In this document: piece by piece, positions 11,681 through 23,065 of the stretch
Layout: the number at the start of each line of letters is the position of its first letter
Position numbering within the stretch: position 1 is the stretch's first letter
Assembly: GCA_028534125.1 (NCBI GenBank)
Contig: CM052818.1
Span: 20,586,001 to 20,650,000, forward strand
Direction: 5' to 3'
Length of the DNA: 64,000 nucleotides
DNA from: Lama glama
Taxonomy: Eukaryota
Notes under the pieces: generated by a model
Told to the model about the DNA's origin: nothing
The model's input: only the letters and a program-made list of their open reading frames with translations
Databases searched by the model: none
Translations under genes and position numbers: made by a program

Positions 11681-13672
11681 AATTACTGATAGTACAAACA
11701 GTTGCAAAGCCAGCCTACTAGCATGTAATCCCTTCTGTACTTGAGCCTATCTTGGATTTCTTTTTTATAAGTAAAACTACCCTTTCTAGACTTCAAACTG
11801 CTTGACAAATTGTCAGAGACGAGAGCAGGTGCTTTAAGGCCTCAATTAACATAAACTAAGGGATTGTGTACTAAGGGGTGTTGGGGCAGAGACAAGACCT
11901 GCTCTGGACTCCGGAATCAGACATGTGTTTTTTTTTGTGCCCCTGGCCGCCAGGATACTCAGCACCAAATCTGACCCCCAGACAGGGTAATTATATGCTG
12001 GACAGTGGGAACCCGGGGAGACAGCCTCCGCATCCTTTCCCCGGGTATAATCTCACCAGGGCCAAGGAGGTTTCCTCTCTCAGTTCCCACTAGAAAGGGT
12101 TCAGCAGGATTACTCCTCTGTCTACTCTTCCAGAGAATGATTCTAAGTTCACTCTGCATCAAGTCAGAGCCTCCAGAGCCATGTAACTGGGTCTTGCCAG
12201 CTTAGCCACTGGCCTGATTACCTTCATTGCGTCACACCTTGGCATTCAATCCTCCACATTTATAAAGGCTTTTGTTACTGATGGATCAATCAATGTTCAT
12301 TATGCCCCTGTGTCTTTTGTACAAGGTCTTACATGAGAAAATAATTTGGGAAAAACTTGCCAGGAAGAATTTTGCCTACCCTCAGGAGCTGGTAGATTTT
12401 CTCCTTTCTGATCAAAAGAGCTATGTAATTAACCTGGTTTTCATTACCACCTGGCTGCCAAGAAGCTCAAATCCAAATACAGTGCTCAATCCGAGCAACT
12501 ACCTTAGCCCTTTCTTTCTATTTGGTGGCCTCGATTTTCTATTTATGTGTGTTAACTTTCTTGTGTAAGGGGCTTCCACCCTTAGTAGACAAAGGCAGGT
12601 CGAGAATTAAGTAAAAGCAAAACATTCTCCCTCTAGTATTTTTACCTTCTCATAGGCTGCCTCCTCCAGGAAACCTTCCCAGCCCACAGAGATCCCTCCC
12701 TGCCCTAATGCTTGCAGCCCCTTGCATGCGGCACTTTCAAATGCATCCTCTTAACCTGTGCACAGTTGCTGCTGCTTTTAACTAGCACATGACCTAGGAC
12801 CCAAGGGCTGCGTCTTGCACTTTTTTAGTACTTCCCATAAAATTCAACCACAGTCACTTTGGGACTAAATGAATATCAAGTGTTTGGTGGATCACTCAGT
12901 ACTGGAACTCTGAGGGATTTAAGTCAGGATTTCCCTAAAATCTTCTGCCTCCCCTCCCCCAACTCTAAATGCTGGACACCTGACATTCACTCAAACTTGG
13001 AAAAGTGCATAATGCCATGGCGAGGATGATCCCTGTGAATGCTTTTAGAAGATTACTCACCCACACTGACTAGCTATTTCTGTCTTACTCCTGAGAGCAT
13101 CACTGAGGCGCTTCTATATTTAAATCAAAACGAGTGTAATTAACTGACATTTCAGATTAGAGCTAAGAGATCTGCCCTGAAAGAGAGGGCACTAATTGCT
13201 GAACTTGAGGAATAACAGGCATCTCCCAGCCGCTGCCGCCCCTGCTTCCCCCGGGAGCTCAGGTGTGAGGGTAGAGGCCTAGCCTTCTGAGGGCTGAGCA
13301 GCATGGAAGCCTCCAGGCAGTGCCCGGCCAGCCTGGGCTCCTTCCCAGCCTGGCCCTGACACGGATAAATCAGAGCCATCTGGCTGGCCCCTCTCCTGAC
13401 ACATGTGTCAGCTCCCCTCCCAGCCTCCGCCACCCCTCAGTCTAATGCTCTCCTCCTGCACAGAACCTGGAGTCTGTTTCCTTTCCAACCAGAACAGCTG
13501 ATGACATAGAAAAACGATGACCCCGCATACCTCTCATCTGGCATCTACTGATGCTGCCTTGTTCTGGCACATTCACTTCCTGCATGTGTCTCCAGCTGGG
13601 ATTCTCACTGCAGGGCATGAGCTGGAGACGGCACCGTGCCCAATGGGGAGAGAAGCGAGTTTGGAAAGTCAC

Positions 13673-13925
13673 AAAACCGTAAAAGAATACTGTGAACAAC
13701 TATATGGCAACAAACTGGACAACCTAGAAGAAATGGACAAGTTTCTAGACACATACGTTCCTCCAAAACTGAATCAAGAAGAAATAGATCATCACTAGAA
13801 GTGATATAGAATCAGCAATAAAAAACCTCCCTGCAAACAAAAGTCCAGGACCAGGTGGCTTCACTGGGGAATTCTACCAAACATACAAAGAAGAACTTAT
13901 ACCGATCCTTCTCAAACTCTTCCAA
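13673..13925 (+). mobile_element. L1 ORF2 internal fragment (endonuclease-RT linker / start of RT)
   Basis: Translates [32 protein letters not shown], then after a small deletion [29 protein letters not shown]; these are hallmark L1 ORF2 motifs. Confidence 0.95.
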
Positions 13926-14024
13926 AGTTACCTTTAAACGAGTGAATTCATTTCATTATTTCAAACAACATGTGGGGGGCAGAACATGCTTAAATCTCAA
14001 AAAATTTTAGCTTTAAAGAAACGG

Positions 14025-14250
14025 AGGGGGACAAAAACTTCTATATCAATGTTCACAGAAGCATTATTTACCACAGCCCAAAGATGGAAACAACTCACAT
14101 GTCCATTAACTGGTGAAATGGAGAACAAAACGCATTATACCCAAATCAACGCAGTAACATCCAGCCATAAGAAGGAGCGAGGCTTTCCTGAACATGTCAC
14201 AACATAAATAGACCTCAAAAACAATATGCCATGTGAAAGAATCCAGCTGC
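14025..14250 (+). mobile_element. Old L1 ORF2 3'-end fragment
   Basis: atgttcacagaagcattatttaccacagcccaaagatggaaacaactcacatgtccattaac (MFTEALFTTAQRWKQLTCP). Confidence 0.85.
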
Positions 14251-14314
14251 AGAAAGTTAACATTCAAGGTCCTGCTCAATAGTAGATAATAATAATACGA
14301 TGACAGCAGCAGCA

Positions 14315-14560
14315 GTAACATTTATTGAGCACTTAATATATGCCAGGCATGGTTCAAAATACTTTTTGTACATTATTAACTCATGTGATGGTTACTGTAG
14401 TCCTCTGAGATCTGGACCGTTTCCACTCCCATTCTACAGATGAGGAAACTGAGGCACAGAGAAATTAGGTAATTTGCCTCAAGGTGGCCCAAGTGTGTGC
14501 AGCCAGGACACACAGCCAGGCAGTCTAGATCCATCCCGCATGCCCTTGGCCACCAGCCCA
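14315..14560 (-). mobile_element. MIR SINE, near full length
   Basis: acatttattgagcactta...cccattctacagatgaggaaactgaggcacagaga. Confidence 0.9.
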
Positions 14561-14589
14561 TCTAGCCTGACTTGGTGACAGGAACCCTT

Positions 14590-15155
14590 CTCACATAAAT
14601 TGAACACCTTTAAAGAGTAAACCTTGGTAAGTTTTGACATACAGCTACACCTATAAAACCATCACTATAACCAAGACAATGAACATCTCTTTCAGCCCCA
14701 AAAGATTCCTCACATGCCTTTGTGATCTCCCTGACCCCATCCTGAAACAACCACTTTTTTACTTTCTGTCACCATAGATTAGTTTGCATTTTCAAGAATT
14801 TTATATGAATAGAATCGCATAGTATGCATTTTTTAATCTGGCTTTTTCCATTGAGCATAATTATTTTGAGATTCATCCATTTCTTCCTCTTTATTGCTAA
14901 CTAGTATTCCATTGTATGGATATACCACAACTTGTCTATCCATTCATCTTTTGATGGACCCTTGAGTTGTTTCCAGCTTGGGTCTATTACAAACAAAGCT
15001 GCTATGAACGTTCCTGTACAAAATGCTGTATAGACATATGCTTTCATTTCTCTTGGGTGGAATACCTAGGAGTGGAATGGCTGGATCACCTGGTAGGTTT
15101 ATATTTAACTTTTTAAGAAACTACAGAACTACTTTCCAAAGCAATTGTACAATCA
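14590..15155 (-). mobile_element. Old L1M 3' region
   Basis: tagtattccattgtatggatataccacaa...acaaagctgctatgaac...atacctaggagtggaatggctggatca. Confidence 0.9.
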
Positions 15156-16985
15156 CTACTTTTCTAAGCCTGAAACTTGGCACCTTTCCATCTTCTCCAA
15201 TCCACTGCAGTATTTCGTTTCCAACTAAACCACCAAAGCCTGGGGGCAGTGGGGGCAGGGGGGAGGGCAGGAGCCCCTTAACCCTCTTCTTCCATCCTGC
15301 TCCATTATCTGGTATTTGGGGACATGCTTTTTCAAAGTCCAAGGAGCTAGAGAATTGGGTGGATCTCCATCTGATAAGTAAATGTTTATCTCTGCTGTAA
15401 CCTGACTCATCCCCATCAGTCTCACCAGGAACTCGGAGTGAGCATCATGTTTTAAGAATTTTGTAGCCACCCTTCCCTGTGGTCAGTCTATATAGTTCTT
15501 GGCAGGTCACTGTGTGTCTACTTTTAAACACCCAGAAGCTGGCAATTCCAAACTAATGAGCCACACCTTTTTATTACACCCTGCAGTGGAGATTCAAAGT
15601 CTCCCTTGGTCTTCCCAACACCAAACCTTCTCTCACTCCTCCTGCTCCTCCTCCCCCTTACCTAGTTCTCCACGTGCCAGTTTGAGCCTCCTATGGGAAG
15701 GTTCTCCTGATGACTCTGGCACCCGGGGAGCTGTTCCTCCCCTAACTCAAAAGAACCTGTCTGAGATATTTCTTTAGCATTCACAAAACACAGCAGCCTT
15801 GCATTTCATGGGGCAACTAGATTTGAGTCCCTGTTAGTATGCATAAACCATGGAGCCAGGGCTAAGGAGGAGGCAAAGAGAAACCAAGTTTAAATGCTGC
15901 CCTCACGCACCATAAAGTTCAGATCAGGAATCAGACAGAGTTACAACTGAAATATTTCTAAGTGGTTTGGTAACTGCCACAAGACATTTGAGGCATGTAT
16001 CGTGGGAGTTTGCCAGGCAGGAATAGGTGAGGGACAGAACGCAGATAAGGCTTTCTCAGCAAGACAGCTGTCAGGAGCAGCCCCGTTAGAACGAAGGCCC
16101 GTATCTTGAGCACATTAGATCTACTATGACACTCAGGACCATCACCGATCTGCTTTTGTACCATGTGCTTAACCTAAGTTAAGACACTTCCCTTCTCTGC
16201 ACTTCCTGGGCTGCAGTCGTATTTGCTGCACACTTATTGAGTGCCACTGCATGCCAAACAGCAAGCTGGTCAACTTCACTGCCCCTGAGGATCTTCCAGT
16301 CCAGAGGAGTATGAGGACACAGCAATAGCTCTTTATAATCCAGTGTGCTCAGTGCCCTGATGGAGCATGCCAGGGACCACAACAGACTCACAAGGGGGCT
16401 GTCAGGGGGTCGGGGAGGCAGCACGGGGACTGTGCTAAGCTGAAATGAGGCCATCAGCCAAGCGCTCTCCCCTCTCCTCCTGGCCCTCCTTGTGGGTCAC
16501 TGAGGACATCTCCAGGAACAGTGTCCCTTCCTGTTCCAGTGGCCCCAACCCCCGAAGCCCCTGACAATCAGGTCCCTGTCAAGAAGGACCCTCCCCTCCC
16601 ACAGCCTCCTGATTCCATCCTGAGCCCAGCTTGAAGTTGGCAACCCCTCTTAGCACTGAGTTGTGGGCCATATGGTGGTACAGCTGATGCTGTGTGACGC
16701 AGAACAGCTCTCCTTTCCAATCCACGTCAGCCCCAGCCACGGGTACACAGTGGCATTTAAATTGCAGCGAGGAACCTTCGATTTTGATGGGGAAGCTAAA
16801 TTAGAAGCCTGTAACATGTTTGAAACACCTACGTGAAGAATGAGCATGGAGGCAGTGCTGTGAGGGGGCCAGGCACAGCACATCAATATTTATTCATCAT
16901 ACCTCTGGCAAGAAACCAGGCCACCCAAGGGGACTAGGTGTGTGTGCGCAAGTTCCCAGAGCCTGGAGCCCTGAGGAATACTTAC

Positions 16986-17035
16986 CCCTGCAAAGCCTGG
17001 ATGGAAGCCGTATTAACAGAGGGAGAAAGGAAAGC
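16986..17035 (-). other. Candidate 50-nt exon, with an alternative acceptor at 17220
   Basis: Minus strand reads gttttattctccacag|GCTTTC...TGCAGGG|gtaagt; no recognised peptide. Confidence 0.35.
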
Positions 17036-17459
17036 CTGTGGAGAATAAAACGCACATCCCAGACACTCTAGAACACCCACAGCCAAGAGCCCTTGGGGGC
17101 CAAGACTCCCTTGCCGACCCTGGGCACCTTAGCTGCTTTATAAACATCTTCTGACAGAGACATACTCCCACATGAAAGCAACCCACTGATCTGGAAGTCA
17201 CAAGCCTGGCTTCCTTGCCTCTGCAGATCAAAGGAAAGAGAAGAAAGTAAAAGAGCATCTGTCTCTAAGACGGAGCCGGCTCTGAGCCCCTGCAGAACAG
17301 ACCTCTTCTCACAAACGCTCACACAAAACCCGCTTTCCCTACTTTAGATGGACTTCATCTGCTTCCAGTAACTAGAAACAACTATCCCCAACCCCCTGCA
17401 GACCCCCTGGACCCCTAAATAGCAAATTCAAAGGGAAAGGTACCTAACATCAAAGGCAA

Positions 17460-17802
17460 TGCAGACGTAGAATCTTTTTGCATCCTGATTCAACTGGAAA
17501 AACTTCTTTGAACAATCAGAGAAATCTGAATTTGGTTTGAGTATTAGATGATACTGAGGAGTTACTGCTGGGTTTGTGAGTTGTGATAATGGTTATGCAA
17601 GAAATGTCTTTATTTTTTAGAGATGCAGCCAGAAATATTTGGGAGGAGAATGTTATCTGGGATTGGCTTTAATACTTCCACAAGAAAGAGGAAGCAAAAA
17701 TGTTAAAATTCTAGATGATGAGTATATGGGAGTCCATTGTTCCACTCTCCTGACTTTTAAAGATGCAGACATTTTAATAAGAAAGTTTAAAAAAAAAAAA
17801 AA
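17460..17802 (+). mobile_element. Old L1 (L1MC/L1ME-type) 3' UTR ending in poly(A)
   Basis: tattagatgatactgaggagttact...tgtgataatgg...tttagagatgca...gagtatatgggagtccattgt, followed by an A tail. Confidence 0.75.
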
Positions 17803-18099
17803 GCTCCAGGCAGAGAAAAATGCTACAGGCACAACTGCCAGCGTGAGGCTGAAAAGTGTGAAATGCAAACCAACAACTCAGATAGCCTGGGTCAAAATCC
17901 AGAGGGTCTTGGAGATCCCAAGCGTCAGCCAGCCATAGTTACGAATACTCATAATTATGACTATCGATGTCAAGAAGATATCCAGTTATTTTTTCAGTAC
18001 ACTGGAATACAATGAGGAATGTTTACCTAAAAAACATGCACAGAAATGTTTTCGTTTCATCTGAGTACTTAAAGAAATGGAAAGTTACGATTTTCTGGT

Positions 18100-18280
18100 A
18101 CAGTTGGTGGTTAAAGCGTGGTCCCAGGACCAGTGGCTTCAACATCACCCAGGAACTTGTGAGAAACGCAAACTGTCAAGCCCCACCCAAGACTTCCTGA
18201 ATCAGAACCTCCGGGGTGGAGACCACCAACCTGCGCTTTAACAAGCCTTCAGGAGGCTGATGCTCCGTAACCCGTGGTGC
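18100..18280. mobile_element. MER5A-like hAT-Charlie MITE
   Basis: gtggtcccaggaccagtggcttcaacatcacccaggaacttgtgagaaacgcaaac...ctgaatcagaacctccggggtgg...tttaacaagcc. Confidence 0.85.
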
Positions 18281-19039
18281 TAGGGAACCAGATGTTACTC
18301 TGAGCCTGTTGCATACACAGCAGAGTGTAAACATGCACGCTCATTCTCTGATAAACGCTGCTCCACTGCCACTGCCCTGGCCAGTAAGCTGGTAGCAGGG
18401 CAGAAACAAAATGACACAACCCCCATTAAATGTCTGTGCCTGGGATGCCCCATAAACCCAGAAGACCTTCCCCCTAAGTCCATGCCCATAAACAGCAGGC
18501 GCCCCATCTGCAGTTCAAAGGATGCACACTCTATTAAAATGGATCGTAAATGGCTTACATAACCCACTAAGTCCCAACCGCGGGGCAAACCCCACTGACA
18601 GCGGTGGGGCTGGCCAATGGCTTCTCCAGGCACACTGACGCAGGGGGAGGTACGTGGGTCAGGGTGACCCGACTGCCTGCCTGCATGGCCATGGATGGAA
18701 GATAATACGCCTGCAGGTACGGAGATGAGGCGGGGAAGGACACACACAAAAGCAAGTCCCTGCTTCAGCGTTTAATTCATAAAATTACAGAACGTTCCAA
18801 CTGAAAAACAGAGATGGCTGAGACCAGGTCCTAGATTTATAGGGGAGGAAACTGAGGCTCAGAGAGGTGAAAGGAATGCACAGGGGAAAGAAAACCCAGC
18901 TTCCCTGAATCCCAGTGCTGATCGTCTCCATTAAACATGGGAGAGAGGAGGAGGAAGGATGTCTCAAAGGGTGTGGGGAGGACAGAAGGCAGTTTTGTAC
19001 GGAATTGAGTACAGATTCTAAAGCCAAACTGCTTGTGCT

Positions 19040-19225
19040 GAAAACTCAACTCTACTTCAAAGCCTTGTGAACTTGGATAAGTTCACTTCTTTGTGCCTCG
19101 TTTCCTAGTCTATAAAATAGGGATAATAATAACACCTGCCTCGGGGAGTAAATGAGTTAAATCAGATGGACACTTAGCAAAGGGCTTAGCACAGAACAAG
19201 CACTCATTTATCACGTTAGTTATTA
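19040..19225 (+). mobile_element. MIR SINE
   Basis: tgtgaacttggataagttcacttctttgtgcctcgtttcctagtctataaaatagggataataataac. Confidence 0.85.
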
Positions 19226-19537
19226 CATCTGATATTGACTTGCTTTAATGTTCGTAGTGGTAGCATTAAAGGCGGGATTACAGGAAATTCTTTTTTCTTT
19301 TTTGTATTTTCAAAAACTTATATATTGCTTCAGTAATTTTTAAGTTAATTACATTCATCAGGTACGTATTAATCCTATTCTGTCAACACAACCGGGTGCT
19401 AAATGCCGTGGAGGATCAGAGACTAGAAGAAGCCAAAGCCTGTCCTTCAGAGACCTGACTTCTTTCATCTGTTTAGAGAAATGAGGTACTGTTTAAGAAC
19501 CAAATCAGTACCTGATGTCAAGTGAAGATTTTATATA

Positions 19538-19780
19538 CATATTCGTCCTTTGATGCCCACAGAGGTTTTGTTTTCAGGACCCTGGTGGATATTAAAACTG
19601 CAGATGCTCAAGCCCCTCATATAAAATGGCCTGGTGCAGTTAGTCCTCCGTGGACTTGGATTCCGCGTCCACAGGTTCCACCTCTGGGGGTTCAACCAAT
19701 CGTGGGTTCTAAACACGGTAGACGATCTGTGGTTGGTTGAACACATGGTTACAGAACCTGCAGACAATAAGAGCCAACTG
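19538..19780. mobile_element. MER2/Tigger2-like Tc1-mariner (pogo) MITE
   Basis: caggaccctggtggatattaaaactgcagatgctcaagcccctcatataaaatgg...gagccaactg; flanked by TA. Confidence 0.75.
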
Positions 19781-19784
19781 TATA

Positions 19785-19785
19785 T

Positions 19786-19834
<49 letters not shown>
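19785..19834. repeat. (TG)n microsatellite
   Basis: About 25 TG units with one interruption. Confidence 0.97.
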
Positions 19835-19838
<4 letters not shown>

Positions 19839-21184
19839 GACACACACACAAGGAGTCATGAAGAAGAGAGAACCAGGGGCAGTGGTAACAAACCAGAAGG
19901 CTCCCTGGATGAAGTGTTCCACGCAGGGAAGAGGGTAAACATGAGGACATTCAGGGGTACAGGGAGGTTACAGGAGTCGGCAAGGAGGCCCAGGAAGGGG
20001 CAGGACCACTCCAGGAAGAGCACCTGAAAGCAGTCAAAATGATGGAGGGATTTGCTAACGGTCAAACAGTCAGTTTGCAGCCCCGTTGGCCCCTCTTCAG
20101 CAAACTGGCATTAATCAGCATCAGACTAATTAGGCATTGACCTACCATAGACCTGGACAAATGATGGGACACAGAGTGGGAATGTTCTAAAGTGAGAGAG
20201 GAAGGAGGGAAAGGCCTAAAGCAGGAAAAGGGGGGCCTGGCTAGGGCAGCCCTGTGAGAGGGTCACTGGGAATCCCGTGTAGAAACACGGAGACACTGGG
20301 TGCCAAGGGGGTGGTTTGGGACCCTGAAAAGGTCAAGGCAAGTCAACTCAGCTTATTTTCACCAACCAGGTCTGACTTCATTAACAACCGACTTCTCCCT
20401 CTAAAGAAAACAGAGGCTGGGAATAAAATATTTCTCATTTTAGTTCAATTTAGTAAATGATTACAGAAACTCTCTATATGAATGGTTCCATCTAGGCACC
20501 CATGGAGACAGAAACAGAAGCTGTGGCCCTATTCTCAAGGAAGGTGCACTCTAGCTGAGAAAGCAGGTGTGTACACAGTCTCCATAGAACAATACAATGA
20601 CGTGCTGTGAAGATAACTAACACATCCTGAACAATTACCAGGTGTCTCCCACACATGCATGCTTTTTACCTCAGTTGACAGTTGTACTATGTATTATCTC
20701 GGTCATGGATTAGGTCAGATAATCTCAAAACAACCCTGTGATGCCCATACAAGTACGGTGGATGAAAGAACTGAGGGGGATAAATGAGCATAGCTTTGCT
20801 GGGTGATGATGAGTAGAAGGACATGCCCAGCAGAGGGACAAGCAGGAGCAAAGCTACAGAGGCTGGAAAGCCCAGGAGGGACTTGTGAACCGAGGGTGGT
20901 CCAGCGTGGTGGCGGGGGGGAAAGGTTCACAGGGAATAGGATGAGAAGAGAAACCAGAAAGGAAAGCAAGACGCATAGGGCCTTAAAAACAGAGCCAAGG
21001 AAGCTGAACTCTCCAGGTGGTAGAGAGTCTCAGAGGCTTCCTGAGAGGAAAAGTGAGTGAGTGGGCAGCTCTGGTGACAACGTTCAGGCCTGCAGGCAGA
21101 CAGGCCACTGAGGGGCCTCCATTATTACTCCAGGGGATGATGTGAGGCAGGGTCCAACTCATACCAAGAATGTGAGGCTAACAC

Positions 21185-21838
21185 ACACTAAGTAATTTCC
21201 ATGTGCAGGCATCACTCTACGTACTTCATTTAATCCTCAGAATGGCCCCATGATGTAGGTACTATTATATCCCCATCTTATAGGAAAGGAAAACTGAGAC
21301 AAAGAACTATGAAATAAGTTTGTCTGTCTTTTTTTTTTTAGATTCCACATATAAGTGATATCATATGGCATTTTTCTTTCTCTTTCTGGCTTACTTCACT
21401 TAGAATGACAAACTCTAGGTCCATACATGTTGCTGCAAATGGCATTATTTTATTATTTTTTATAGCTGAGTAGTATTCCACTGTATAAATACACCACAAC
21501 TTCTTTATCCAGTCATCTGTCATGAAAAATGAACTTATGGTTACCAGAAAGCAGAAAGAGACTCACAGACATAGAAAACAAACTTATGGTTACCAAGAGG
21601 GAGTGGGTAGGAAAGGATAAACCAGGAGGTCAAGATTTACAGATGCTAACTAATATATATACAATAGATAAACAGCAAGTTCATACTGTACAGCACAGGG
21701 AACTATATTCAATAGCTTGTAGTAACTTATGGTGAAAAAGAATATGAAAATGAATATATGTATGTTCATGTATGACTGACTGAAGCATTATGTTGTACAC
21801 CAGAAATTGATAAAATTATAAACTGACTATACTTCAAC

Positions 21839-21870
<32 letters not shown>

Positions 21871-21905
21871 ATAAAGAAGTACAAAATAACTTGCCTAAGG
21901 TCAAG
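21185..21905 (-). mobile_element. MIR SINE split by an L1 insertion
   Basis: tttaatcctcag...gtaggtactattatatccccatcttatagg...aaactgagac (to ~21317) resumes as aacttgcctaaggtca at ~21888. Confidence 0.8.
21318..21872 (+). mobile_element. 5'-truncated, 5'-inverted (twin-primed) lineage-specific L1
   Basis: ORF2 C-terminus on minus strand 21318-21522 (DDWIKKLWCIYTVEYYSAIK...HMISLICGI*); 3' UTR on plus strand 21523-21872; TSD 21301-21317 / 21873-21889. Confidence 0.9.
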
Positions 21906-22069
21906 AACAAGGAGCTTTACATCATTTCACCTCTCCTACAACCTTGACCGGATCAGAGAAGTCACGTAACTTACCCAACTTGGTGGCTCCGATCCCAAAG
22001 CTCCCCAACAGGGCAGTGGGGCTACAAGTGTCAGTATGGAAAGGAGGAATCATGAGTGGTGAAACTGAT

Positions 22070-22325
22070 AGGACACACACAAGGTCACATATTATATGTT
22101 TCCATTTATATGAAATATCTGGAATCAGCCTATCTATAGAGACAGAAACCAGATGAGTGTTTGCCAGGAGCTGGAAGAGGGAGGAATGGGAAGTGACTGC
22201 TTAGTGGGACAGGGCTTCCTTTTGAGGTGATGAAAATGTTCTGGAACTAGGCAGTGGTAATGGTTGCACAGAACTGTGAATTTACCAAGTGTCACTAGTG
22301 GCATATTTTATCACAGCTTTTTAAA
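22070..22325 (+). mobile_element. L1MB-type 3' UTR fragment
   Basis: cacatattatatgtttccatttatatgaaatatctggaat...tttgaggtgatgaaaatgttctggaactag...ggttgcaca. Confidence 0.85.
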
Positions 22326-22494
22326 AAATTCCTAACAGGAAAGAAAAACTTCGGGTGTGGGGACAAGGGAATGGTTGAAGGTGATACATTATTCAGTACT
22401 TAAGAGCCAAAAAAACAATCAGACTGCAGACAAGTAGGGTTTCTTTAATACAGAATAGATGTTCTCCCCAAAAAAGTCCTCATTCTTCTCCGTG

Positions 22495-22735
22495 TTTTTA
22501 AATTGAAGTATAGTCAGTTTACAATGTTGGGTCAATTTCTATGCACAGCATAATGTTTCAGTCATACACATGCATACATATATTCATTTTCATATTCTTT
22601 TTCATTATAGGTTACTACATGATACTGAATATAGTTCCCTGTGCTATACAGAAGGAACTTGTTTATTTATTTTATATATAGTAGTTAGTATTTGCAAATC
22701 TCGAACTCCCAATTTATCCCTTCCCACCCCCTTTA
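22495..22735 (-). mobile_element. Lineage-specific L1 3' end
   Basis: aattgaagtatagtcagtttacaatgttg...aatatagttccctgtgctatacag; reverse-complement similar to 21600-21838. Confidence 0.9.
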
Positions 22736-22864
22736 CTCCTTTACATGGTTTTTGACACCTACAAAGATCTCCAGAAAAATGCTAAGTGTGGGCAAAGGTA
22801 AGAGGCATTTCTATTGACTTCCTTTTTTCCACCCATGTCCTGTCTTCTAGTAGCACAAGTGATG

Positions 22865-23065
22865 GAGAGGTGGTTCAGTGCAGCATTTGAAAGCAAAGAT
22901 TTTAGAAATGAAGCAAAATCCTGTTCAAGTCTGAGTTCCATCACCTACCAGCTGTGAGACTCTGGAGAATTCACTTTGTCTCACTAACAATAACACCTGT
23001 ACTTCACAGAATTTTTACAAAAAATAAGCAAGATGGCATTCATAAAGTACTAAAGTGCTCATTAT
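22865..23065 (+). mobile_element. Degenerate MIR SINE
   Basis: ctgttcaagtctgagttccatcacctaccagctgtgagactctgg...cataaagtactaaagtgctca. Confidence 0.65.

Noticed and set aside
13588..13630. Hairpin gtctccagct...agctggagac as a possible pre-miRNA
   Set aside because: Only a 10-bp stem with a large loop, and no recognised mature miRNA.
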